DNA of 64,000 nt from Lingula anatina (lineage: Eukaryota > Animalia > Brachiopoda): assembly GCA_051362555.1 (NCBI GenBank), contig CM120641.1, positions 32,494,401 through 32,558,400 on the forward strand, given 5' to 3'. A program made the position numbers and the translations under genes. Under the pieces are notes generated by a model. It was not told the origin of the DNA and did no database searches. It saw only the letters and a list, made by a program, of their open reading frames with translations. This document shows, piece after piece, positions 1-10,599 of this stretch (within the stretch, counting starts at the first letter, position 1; each line of letters opens with the position of its first letter).

Positions 1-459
1 GAGTTCATTTTTTTTTTTTTTTTTATCTAGGGGAAAAAGATTTTATGACTTGAATTGATTTTTTAAGCAGATTTATAGATTATTAGTTCAAGAAATAAAG
101 TGATAAATTTTCCAAGACCTGACATTGAAGAAACAAAGCAAAAACTGATGAATGAATTTACAAGAAAAAAGAAAGGAACTGTTTGTTTCTCCAATTATTG
201 CATAAATGACAAAAGATAGATATTCTAGGAAATATCAATGCCAGCAGTTCATTGACTCAGAGAGCAACGCAATTTAAGAACATCTAATACCCTACACCTT
301 CCACTGCCGTGACCTCTTATGAACCCTTTTTAATACTCAATCAGTGTCAATATTTTTCTTACACATTTGAAGGTGGAAAATTGTACAAATTTGTTTAAAA
401 AGTATGAAATATTCAGGCACCATTGTCTAAAAGCAATCGATATGGGAGGTTTCTTTTGC

Positions 460-1170
460 TAGGTTAAGGTTAATATCCCAACAGATATAGGTCAAAGAGC
501 TGTCTTGATGGATGAAGGGATTACCAATCTGGCTCTGTAGAGAGTATAAACAATAGGTTACAGAGACAAGGATAGAATGCTTATACCATCAAGTTTAGTT
601 GTCAATAAACATATCACAATGATAGAGTGATAGGGAGTTTATCAGATCTATCGTAGTAAAACACTGAAACTATGGAATTGATTTTTGACAGAAGGGGAGG
701 GGGATAAGCTGAAAACTGGAAAAGTTTGTCAAGAAAAATCATTAGAAGCCAGCTGTAAAGTTTCTGGCTGAGAACGTGGCAGGTGCATCAAGGTGGCCCT
801 GGGAGGGTGTCTAACCAGCGCCATGCTATACCTGGGTAATGGGCTGCCATTGAGAATTCAGGTTCCTTGTGTGAGGTAATTAAAACCACAGAAAACAATT
901 CAGTATTTGCTAATACAGAGCAGAGCTGAAGGCAGCACTGGCAGACACTTCTTATGCTTGATGTGGTTGAGGAGTTAGAGGAAAAAGTTGGTCGAATTTT
1001 AGAATTGTTCAAGCTTCTCGTGCCATGCAGATGTATAGTAGCGGCAGGGATCCGGGGACCATGCTTTTGTTCCCTGGGTATTGGAATTATCAGGTAGAAA
1101 ATATGTCTTTTTAAGTTATACTGAAATTTGGCACAAAAATTCAGCATAGGAAGGGATGGGTAAGATATTT
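460..1170 (-). mobile_element. Possible highly decayed Penelope-like retroelement RT remnant (intronic)
   Basis: Frameshifted minus-strand fragments read FYL..QGT..M...A..LEQF and PSVK, loosely resembling Penelope RT motifs; many stops; weak. Confidence 0.25.
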
Positions 1171-1617
1171 TTGTTGTAATGCTGGTATGATGTAGGTGCT
1201 TTAAACATGCATTTTCAATTTATTTTTCAACATAGAAATAAATATACAGTTTGTCTTTGTGGGTGTTAAGGACAAAAATAGGTTAAGAAGCAGCATCTTT
1301 TTCGATAGTGTTTTTGCAAAGATTAGGTATTCAGAAGCATGAGGGAAAGGAAGTGTAATAGATTAAGACATGTAGACAAAAGCTGCCAGGCTCATGCAGT
1401 CTTTGAAAATTTGGAATAGGTATTTTATGACTCATGAATTTCAATGGTGACTCAGAGCTGAAGGGAAAAAAGTTCAGTTTAAATGCTATCACTAAACCAT
1501 TAGAAAAATTATACGAAGTGCATTAATATGTAGTGTTTTTTCCATAACACCAAAATATTCTTTAAAAAAAAGGTTTTTTCAGATTTAAATGATTGATTTT
1601 TTTTTTTTTTTTTTCAG

Positions 1618-1696
1618 ATATATTCCACTGACCATACAAATAGTAGTTATGGTTCAAACCCCTCCACACCAGTTTCCTCACCGCCCCCAATGTCAG
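1618..1696 (+). CDS. TCF12: E-protein (TCF3/4/12/daughterless family) internal exon IYSTDHTNSSYGSNPSTPVSSPPPMS
   Basis: poly-T-CAG acceptor and GTAAAT donor; peptide resembles the conserved IYSPDH..SNPSTPVGSP region of E-proteins; phase 0-1. Confidence 0.92.
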
Positions 1697-2003
1697 GTAA
1701 ATAAGTTTGTATAGTGTAAAAACTTTGAAGCAGTGATAAATGATTTCTTGTAATGGTAAGACAATTGCAATGCCTTTGTTCTTGACAAGTTACACTGGTA
1801 AGGATGCCGGTTCTTGACTTGAACAAAATTAAAATAAAAAAAAATCTACATTGTTTTAGTGTAAATGTGTTTTGTCTTTTACTCTCCTGTAATTTACTCA
1901 CTGTATGTGTCACTCATATTATATTTGGTTTGATAAATAAAAAAATTATGTTTGATTTATCCTGTTGGTTTAATTGGCAATGATTTCCTTCCCCCTTCTT
2001 TAG

Positions 2004-2080
2004 GCCCTAACAGTCAGTGGTCCCGAGCTCCCACACAAACCACTACCTCGCCCCATTATGATGGTCCTTTAGTCTCACTG
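2004..2080 (+). CDS. TCF12: E-protein exon GPNSQWSRAPTQTTTSPHYDGPLVSL
   Basis: pyrimidine-TAG acceptor and GTAAGT donor; phase 1-0; resembles the SQW.R...SPxY...LxSL segment of TCF12. Confidence 0.9.
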
Positions 2081-3199
2081 GTAAGTTTTCTCATTTTATT
2101 ACACTCTTCATATTTATTTAACTTCACATTGTTTTGTTTTATTAATGTTGATAAAAGTTTTAAGTTAACCAAGCTTTTCTGTTTTCAGTGACATAGAAAA
2201 ACATGCTGTGTAGATTTTTTCCACAAAGTCAGTGAATAATATAGCTCTTGCCAGTATTAAAATGCTGAGGCTCTTCTCTCTTTTTTTGTCCACTAGCTCT
2301 ACTCCCAACTTCAGATTAGTGTTGCCAGGTTCTGCTTGACTGAAACCCTTTGCTCTATCAATCAAAACAGATTAACATGTACAACAAGCATTTCTGTAGC
2401 TATAAAGTAAAAAGGGGGTAACACATAAAATCAACTTTTATTTGCCAGAAAGATCAAACATCAGACAGAAAAAAGTTAACCTTAAGGAAGAATCATAATT
2501 CAATTATGATTGTGTCCATTAAGTGTGAAGTTGATTGATTTGGGTCTCTGTTTTAGATGTAGGCTTGAAGAGATGATTTAATGTGGACCTATTTCAAGGA
2601 GGATCCTTATTATTGATTGTGACATTTTCTTAAAGGAAATTGTATGACATTCTAACCCTAGTATCATTATTATCCTCTCTGAAAGAGTCAGACAGTGATG
2701 TATAGATAAGACGCAGTCTTGTGCAGCAAAGCATAGTGGACTCTGAAATGAAATTGCTGTTAAACCAGTGGCCTCAGTGACTTCAGCTCTTACAGGCTTG
2801 TACAGTTTTAATGAACAAGCTTTATGTAACGTTACAGATAGGGATATGTTCTTCAGAGTAGTTGTATTCTGTCTCTGTACATACACAACAACAGTAATTT
2901 TACTAATCTTGGGAAGACAAGTGATGTTCCTTGTAAATAAGATTTTTTTTAAAAAAAATTATTTCTTATTATGCATGAGTAGAATCTGCCCTAGCATATT
3001 GTTCTTATGTATTGTCTGCATGTTATCACTGGTGGTAATGTATCTTTGATCTCACTCTTCCATGCAGGCTCACGTTGCCTTACATACCAATCACTGTTGG
3101 TCAGTCACACACAACATTTCAACCTAATCACCTTGTCTACTGTTGCATGCTCTGTACTAACTGTAGTTTGTCTTCCTCTCTTCTGTATATCCACTGTAG

Positions 3200-3283
3200 C
3201 CGTATGATGAACAACTAGACGATGCAATACATGTGTTCCGTGCACACGCTGAGGGTGATGGCATCTTAACTGACTTGGATGGG
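3200..3283 (+). CDS. TCF12: Candidate cassette exon PYDEQLDDAIHVFRAHAEGDGILTDLDG (duplicate of the AD2 core motif)
   Basis: Pyrimidine tract-TAG acceptor at 3199, GTAACT donor at 3284; 84 nt, phase 0-0; LDDAIHV.R.HAEG also occurs in the next exon. Confidence 0.8.
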
Positions 3284-3952
3284 GTAACTTTTGAACATCT
3301 TCACTCGGTGGAGGTTGTGGTTTTGGTTTTTTAGCTTGCAGGCCAGCTGCATGTGGACAGGGAGGCATGTCTTGTCTATGTTTGTTCTTTTTTTTCTTTG
3401 TTGTCAACTTTGAACTGTAAACATGCTTTTTATGATACTGGAGTTCATTTCTTGAGATATTCGTGTATCATATGAAGTGAGAAAGACAATTTCTCTGTGA
3501 CTCACCCATCAACCCTCCCACCTCCCCCCTTTGTGTCAAATATTATAGATGGTTTGTTTTGTTTGTCTCTTATCGAAATTTATAAATGCTACAATATATC
3601 ATCAGCTTTGGCAAGCAACAATTAGAATGATTGAGAATCCCAAGCTGCAGGAAAGTCTACAACTGTTTGCATGTTTTGCTGTCTATGTACAGTTCAATCT
3701 GTGGCTTGATGTTGCTTTGTGGCAGTGGATCAGGCAATGGGTTAGTGATAATGCATGCCCGGAGGCTTAGAGTTAATGGCTTCTCCACAGACATTACCAG
3801 GGAGTAACAGTCTACAAAAAAAATCAATTTGACTTCACGTTTTATTGAATTCCAAGTGGTTGTATACATAGAGTTGCATGATTTGTCTCTCAGTAGCTAT
3901 TAGCTATGGTTTCCATGCCTTTTTCACCCTAAGGATTACTTATATTTCTTAT

Positions 3953-4030
3953 GAAAGAGATTAACTAGGCATGCATGCATGCACAATATTTCTTAGGAAA
4001 GAGATTAACTAGGCACGCATGCATGCACAG
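3953..4030. repeat. Short direct duplication GAAAGAGATTAACTAGGCAYGCATGCATGCACA (two copies) carrying TGCATG motifs
   Basis: Copies start near 3953 and 3997. Confidence 0.8.
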
Positions 4031-4107
4031 ATAACTCTAAACCAGATAAGTCGTGCCTTCTTTCATGTCTACAATAATGAGGCAATCTCTCTTCATGTTG
4101 TTTCCAG

Positions 4108-4302
4108 CAAAGGGGTATGGAAGAGCGACTTGATAGGCTAGATGATGCCATACATGTTTTACGCAATCATGCCGAGGGCCAGATGCCAGGGATGCCAGGA
4201 ATGCCAGGCATGCCCGGCATGATGCACCCCCCACCACATTCCAATGGCATGATGGGATCCTACCCAGGGATGAATGCAGCAGGACACATGGACTCACACT
4301 TG
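4108..4302 (+). CDS. TCF12: E-protein exon with AD2 motif [21 protein letters not shown] and (MPG)n repeat
   Basis: TTTCCAG acceptor, GTAAGG donor; [16 protein letters not shown] is a hallmark of TCF4/TCF12; phase 0-0. Confidence 0.95.
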
Positions 4303-6564
4303 GTAAGGACAGCAATGGCCTCTGTTCATGGTGCCTAAATATACTCAACCCCCAGAGAAATACTCCACCTCCAACTACCCCACCCCCTTGCTACACCATG
4401 GCAGCAAATAACTTCATACACTTAAATAAACAGCTTTTTACATCCTAAGGAGAAAACACAGTATATTAATGTATGTTCATACTATTTCTTCAGTCAATTA
4501 CAGCCGAATATACTGTACACAATGCCTAATTGGTTTTTTGGAGCCATTAATTAGCTGGACAGATTCAGTAGGGTTTTATTGTGGACTTGACACGTACCGT
4601 CACTTGTTTCAAATTACTCTTGCAATATTTTACTCCTGGTCTTTAAATGAATAGATCTATAGTCTTTCTTGTTATATGTCCCTGCCTCTCATTGTTAACT
4701 GAAATTTTCCCTGTCAGTGAAAGCTGACGAAAGTAAATGAAAATATTAGTAATAGAAACACAGACCTTTGTTCAAATTTGACAGAATGTGTTCTGTAAAA
4801 TCTTAAAGTTCATACCTTATAGAACCTGTAATACTATTTTCTTTGGGACAGATTAAATCTTTATTTAGATTTACAGCAGTCTAAAATTGCAGGGCTGAAA
4901 AAGGTCTAGATATAGTTTTAAGTGTAAGGGACTGGATGTAACTTGATCCAATCTCACAGGATATCATAATATATGTGAGGGAGGTAGAAAAACTGCAATC
5001 ATCTATTTTGAGGGGGAAAAAATGAAACCTTAAAAAGAAAAGCTAGCAGGATTTTTTTTTTTTTTTTTTTTTTTTCGAAATTTGTTAATTTCTCTAGTTT
5101 ACACAGCAACATTTGTTCACCAGATGCAAGTCTGTGGTAAACGGGTGGTTGAAGTGGGAATAGAAATTGATCTTGACAGCAGACCCGACTCTTGACAGAG
5201 AGCTCATGTGGAAAACATTCAGCACCTTTTACAATTGAAAACAAAAGTTTTCAGTGCCTTTTGCCTGGAAGTGATTTTACAAAATTTGTAACCAATAACA
5301 TCAACAATTACCTAAGCATTGAGAAAGAATGAGAGGCAAATGTGGAGGGAGTTCTAAGGGGCGTTATCTGTAAAAATGGAAGTATGCACCCACAGTGAAC
5401 TCCAGTCCGTGCATTCCCAAAATTGTTCAAAATATTTTCTTAACATTCAAGTACTATGGCGTTTGTAGTGGCAGTAATGGAAGCAGTGTGCCCACCATAA
5501 TTCGCCCCAGCTGATCGGCACAGGAACAGCGCACAAGTTAAATCAAAGAAACTGATAGCTTTGAGAATTTGATTGTTAACAAATGTCACCACTAACCTGC
5601 ATCTGTGTCTTTTTTATTCTGGCAAAATCCTAAAAGTAAGAGCATGGTCGAGCATTTTTTAAAAAGTGATGAGAATTCTAGATATTTTTTTACTGCTTTT
5701 AAGATGGTTTTTTGGGCTGTGTACAGTTGATTGACATGTTAGTCAACTTGAGCAGAAAGCCAGGTGGGGCTTGCTCTGGAACTGTTGAAAAGTTAGCATC
5801 AACTTAGTGAATGAGTGTTAATTGGTTATGGCTGAGTTACATGGGGCACTGCACTGGGTGATTGCATGAAGTTACAAGGTACATTTGTTGACCAGAACTG
5901 GACCTACCAGTGGACGGTTGTGTGTGAAAATATAAACCATGTTGGGACATGTTGATTTACACCATATACCTGTTTTTATGAACCAAAGGATTTTGGCTGC
6001 TTTTAATTATAATCCTGTTTATCTTGGTTATACCTGAAGCCCTGAGAGTCCGACATTTTTTTTCTGCCCAACACAAATTTTTCCCAGCTGTATGTAATAG
6101 AGTTAAGTTCACCTCTATGTAAAAACCACGTTTCTGCTTGAATGAAACACACTTGAGTTTCTCTTGGATTTTCATTTTGTAAATGTGCTCAGTCCCTACT
6201 CCAGGCAGGTCTGTGGTTGGATCTGAGGTTCCAAGAAGAGATTCTTTGGATGTTTTTTTATATGTTGAAATCTATCTGATAAGACGAGAGGATTGATGTC
6301 AAACCTAGACAACTGTGGGCTGCAGTAAAATGTGGTGTGCGGGTTGCGCGTGGGGAGCACATGTCCCTGGCTCTTGCCAAGTTCAGAACAATCCAGCCTA
6401 CTACTCCGCCTATGGCTGGATGGGAAATGTACGTGTTCAGCTAGGTGCAAACGGGCATAAAAACTTGATGTTGTTAAGTGAGGGGGGAAAAAAGAGGGTA
6501 TGCATTCTCAAGTTTCATGTTATAATGAGGTGACTTTTAAAAGAATGTTTTTGTGGTGTTTCAG

Positions 6565-6637
6565 AGCGGCAGTCACACCTCACTGCCAGAGGAGAGCAAC
6601 AAAACAGGAACCTCCACGCAGAGGCAGGACTCCATAG
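6565..6637 (+). CDS. TCF12: E-protein exon SGSHTSLPEESNKTGTSTQRQDSI
   Basis: TTTCAG acceptor, GTGAGT donor; phase 0-1 links flanking exons in frame. Confidence 0.75.
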
Positions 6638-6996
6638 GTGAGTAGTGATGATGTAAACATCACAAACAAACATGGACTGACCACAGATTTTGAGGAGATT
6701 TTTTATTTAATCTTGAAATTTGATTGCATGTTTGTGATATTTAATTTTTGTGAAAAGTTCAGTAAAAAATTATTTTTGTCAAGGTCATAAATAGAATTTT
6801 TATGTTTTTATTTTGTCTGATTTACATATTTGGTTATGAAAAGCTTTAAAAACATACCTTTTTAACAAATTTTATTTATTTTCATTTATTTATTTATTTT
6901 TCATTTCAAACTTAATTTAAAAGTTTTGACATATATTTAAATATTTTATGAGTACTTGGATCAGTGTCAAAGAAGTGGTGTCATGTAATATTTTAG

Positions 6997-7156
6997 GTTC
7001 AGTTGACAAGACCACAGACGGCAATATAAAAGTAGAGAAGGTAGACAAGTCAGAGAATAAAGATGCCACCAGTGCCACCGCCAACACGTCATCTACGTCC
7101 AGTACATCCAACACATCAAAATCAACGTCAGGTGCACCACCTGCAAAAAGATCACG
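6997..7156 (+). CDS. TCF12: E-protein exon with IKVE SUMO-consensus and PPAKRSR NLS-like motif
   Basis: TTTTAG acceptor, GTGAGT donor; phase 1-2; open frame. Confidence 0.85.
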
Positions 7157-7209
7157 GTGAGTATGGAGGTGTTATTATTTTCATTGTTTTGTTAATAGAA
7201 TATTTTACC

Positions 7210-7254
<45 letters not shown>

Positions 7255-7658
7255 TTATAGATGAGTAAAATTAAGTGAAAGATTTATTGTCTTGTGGTGA
7301 AGGTGGCTTGATGTTGACCCCAGTGTTTTTTTTTTCTCCCTGTGAACTTAAGAAGAGATCCCAGTTTAAAAATTAACTGTATCTGTCCCATTTTGTTGAA
7401 AAAAAAAGTAACTGGGAATGACTTCATTTGTAGAAAAGTAGATCACGTCTTGATAAAAGCTTATCACATCATTCCACATATATGATATAATTAGGCAACA
7501 TTTGAAATCAAATTCACAGTAAGATCCTCTATGTGAAAAAATATCTATAACCACATGTTATGCGAATGCTTCTACTAACTTGCACTTCACCCCTGATATA
7601 TCATGCATATATGAACTGTATGAACCCATGTTTACTAACTTCATGTTTTATCTTTTAG

Positions 7659-7688
7659 ATCCAATGCCAGTACAGAGGGTGGAGCTAG
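7659..7688 (+). CDS. TCF12: 30-nt microexon (R)SNASTEGGA(S)
   Basis: TACTAAC branch point 7633-7639, TCTTTTAG acceptor, AG/GTGTGT donor; symmetric phase 2-2. Confidence 0.65.
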   Translation: MQCQYRGWS

Positions 7689-8441
7689 GTGTGTTATACA
7701 TTTGATTTCTCTGGGAATCAAACGCTGGATGACCGAATAATTTTCACACTATCAAAATATTTGGCAATTTTGACAAAATGTCATTTTTTAGTAGTTCATA
7801 GGTTGATGTTTGGGTTTCAATGAAATTTTGGGTCATGATTTAAAAGGAGTTGTGAAAAGTTTGGTCAAGTATTTTCCTTGCGTTATCAGGCCAATTTTCA
7901 GTGTGAAAATTAGAAAGACTCATCCTTTGTTTAAATGTTAGTGAATGTGTGATTCTTTACCCTGCTATTAGAGTTATGATATTGTTGTATTGTACCTAAA
8001 TTATTTGATGCAGTGTGGGGGCAACATCAAGTCAAACGGCACAAAGCACAACATCATTACTATTCTGAAATAGGTTTAAGTCTCAGAATAAATTTATTTT
8101 CTGGTTTGGTGTGCACACTAAAAACTTCTTCTTTATGCACTGCTTTCTGATTTGATTAAAAGGTAGTTTTGGGACAGGGTCTCTTTGCCTTGAGTGAAAG
8201 TGTTATATGGTTTAGCTCATTTTTGTTCAAATGCTTGTAATTTCAATTTTGTAAGAATTTGAAAAGAAATGGTGGTAGCATCATTTTAAAACTAATATGC
8301 AATGTATATTAATTGTAAATGTCAAAATGTAACAATAGTAACATAGTGCCATCTTTCTTTAACATCTAGATAAAAAAAATAATATGTGGAATTTTTAGGG
8401 TCTCTAGTGAAGACCAACATTATTCAATGCCTCTTTTTCAG

Positions 8442-8519
8442 CTCGGATGTGGATGAGGATCCGTTAACTAAAGTGGAACGAGAGCGTGTGCGGAAACAAA
8501 CGAATAATGCGAGGGAAAG
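8442..8519 (+). CDS. TCF12: Alternative basic-region exon A: SDVDEDPLTKVERERVRKQTNNARER
   Basis: CTTTTTCAG acceptor, AG/GTGAGT donor; NNARER basic motif of E-proteins; phase 2-2. Confidence 0.92.
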
Positions 8520-8568
8520 GTGAGTTGCTGCGCTATTTAATATTAATTTTGGCATGTAATCTTTTTAG

Positions 8569-8631
8569 TCCTGCCGCTCCCACTGAAGAAGTGCAGACTG
8601 CGCGAAGGCAAGCCAACAATGTTCGAGAGAG
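8569..8631 (+). CDS. TCF12: Alternative basic-region exon B: PAAPTEEVQTARRQANNVRER
   Basis: CTTTTTAG acceptor, AG/GTGAGT donor; RRQANNVRER basic motif; phase 2-2; only 49 nt after exon A. Confidence 0.88.
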
Positions 8632-8887
8632 GTGAGTTACGGGGAGAAATTGGTGTGCCATGGTCACCTGTGTTTACCACCTGTATAGCATGTTTTTAGG
8701 AATTGTCTTTGTTGAACATAGTGTATTACAAGGAAAAAACGTGATCAGTTTGAAAATGTTACAGTTCACAGAATCAATGAAATGAAAGGAGGATATTTTC
8801 CTGCTTCTCATCTCACATTGTGTGTGTGTGTGTGTTTTAATTCAAATGATCCAAGACACCCCTGTGACTTTCCATTTTTCCACTTAG

Positions 8888-9033
8888 AATCCGTGTACGA
8901 GATATAAACGAAGCATTCAAGGAACTTGGTCATATGGTGACCATTCACGCAGGCAGCAGTCAGCCTCTTACAAAGCTGATGATTTTACAACAAGCAGTTA
9001 ATGTTATTACATCACTTGAACAGCAAGTCCGAG
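8888..9033 (+). CDS. TCF12: Alternative HLH exon A: [48 protein letters not shown]
   Basis: Pyrimidine tract-TAG acceptor, GTAACC donor; canonical E-protein HLH; 146 nt, phase 2-1. Confidence 0.95.
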
Positions 9034-9072
9034 GTAACCATTGAGACATCGCATGTCTCAGTCAAGTAAAAA

Positions 9073-9210
9073 CGACAAACGGCTGTCGAGGAAGTACATA
9101 CCTGATTGAAAATGATTTTATTTTTGTGATGGAATCACCTTGCAGAAGTGTCCTCAGAGGGTATGACTTAAGGTTTGAGATGTAGAACTTCCTTGACAGC
9201 TGATTTGTCG
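9073..9210 (+). other. Predicted intronic RNA stem between the two HLH exons
   Basis: 9073-9095 CGACAAACGGCTGTCGAGGAAGT pairs with 9187-9210 ACTTCCTTGACAGCTGATTTGTCG: 23 bp, one bulge, two G-U pairs. Confidence 0.75.
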
Positions 9211-9253
9211 GTTGTACATGGGCTGGAATTGATAAGCCTTCTCTTTGTCTTAG

Positions 9254-9399
9254 GATTCGGGTCCGTGATATCAATGAAGCTGTCAAAGAATTGGGCCACA
9301 TGTGCTCATTGCATTTACAAATGGACAAACCCCAGACTAAATTATCAATTTTGCAACAAGCTGTAACTTTGATAACTGCATTAGAGAAGCAAGTGCAAG
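9254..9399 (+). CDS. TCF12: Alternative HLH exon B: [48 protein letters not shown]
   Basis: CTTTGTCTTAG acceptor, GTAGGT donor; same length (146 nt) and phase as HLH exon A; DKPQTKL loop typical of E-proteins. Confidence 0.93.
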
Positions 9400-10282
9400 G
9401 TAGGTGGGCCTACCAAAAAACACCAACAAATTTTTATGTGCATTCTACAATAGACCAACACCGCACAGAACAAATTATATGTTAAGGCATGCGATATAGA
9501 GAAAAAAATGTTATTCATGTTTGGACACCACTTTGTTGTTGTGTAGTTTCATATATGGCTTTGACTTTAGACACCAGTTATACAAATTCTACCTAATGAT
9601 GAGCACAAGCCCAAGATATTGAAAAAAAAAGGAGAGCTTCATTCATATCACATTTGATCTGAACTTTTCTTTTTAGCAACTGCCTGTTGGCAGTGTAGAA
9701 TTTTCACTTCAAAGAGTACTCTTAATCTCTGAAATCTTTCTTTGTTGCTACCTCTTGAATTACTGATCACCTTTTATTTTCCACTTTCGTTCTATTTTAT
9801 AAGTTTTTAACGAGTAGCAATATGTTTTTATTGTACCCATATTGTACCCATGTAAACATCCAGGGAAACTAAGGTGGACTGGTGATCTACTCAACAGACA
9901 CCAAAAGACACCTCAGTCAATTTAATGGATGTAGAAAAAAATTAAAACATTTGATATTGCCATCATTTGCCTAAGACACACCAATTTTGGAAGGCAAAAC
10001 AATAAGAAAAATTAAATAAGAAATGTAAAGGGTGACACAGTAAAGCTTGGCTCAACATTATAATGAATTGCATGATAGATAACTGAGTGATTCTTTACCT
10101 AGTATTTAGTATAATGTATTTCACTTTACCTCATCGTATTCTGAATGGAAAACATTCTGTTTTTAGTATCATATTAGTTCCTGCCTTTGAGAGTACCCAG
10201 TAGAGTACGTATTGTTGTGACAAAATGATATGTGGAGGCAGGGGAACGTGTACTATAACATTGATATTATGTCTCATTCCAG

Positions 10283-10399
10283 AACGTAATTTAAACCCAA
10301 AAGCAGCTTGCTTAAAGAGAAGAGAGGAGGAGAAGGCGGAGGAGATGCCAGGACGGGCGCCAGGTCTGGGCCAGGATCAGCTAGGGCCCGGGCTGCCAG
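10283..10399 (+). CDS. TCF12: E-protein C-domain exon ERNLNPKAACLKRREEEK...
   Basis: ERNLNPKAACLKRREEEK is the conserved post-HLH motif; TTCCAG acceptor; donors at 10400 (GTAAGG) and 10405 (GTACTG). Confidence 0.96.
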
Positions 10400-10599
10400 G
10401 TAAGGTACTGTGCACCGCTTTTTTGCTTTGCTTCAATCTAACCCCCAAAACACCAACCCCCTCCCCCACCCCCTTTCCTGGCAATCAGTCCTGGGGACCT
10501 CAGGCTGGCACAATAAGACTGTTCCCCCCTTCAAGCAGGTATTTTTTTTGTTGCAAGCAATTGTGAAGACGGGCATGAAGCATGATGGGATTATAATTG

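Noticed and set aside
3068-3099. AG...GT bounded 32-nt candidate exon
   Set aside because: Not frame-preserving and no similarity to E-protein sequence
5100-6500. Higher-complexity intronic block, possibly an old LINE
   Set aside because: No motif clear enough to support a call
7212-7253. Long homopolymers and microsatellites (poly-T here, poly-C 12951, (TA)n 32320, poly-A 35175)
   Set aside because: Ordinary simple repeats; lengths may be assembly-dependent
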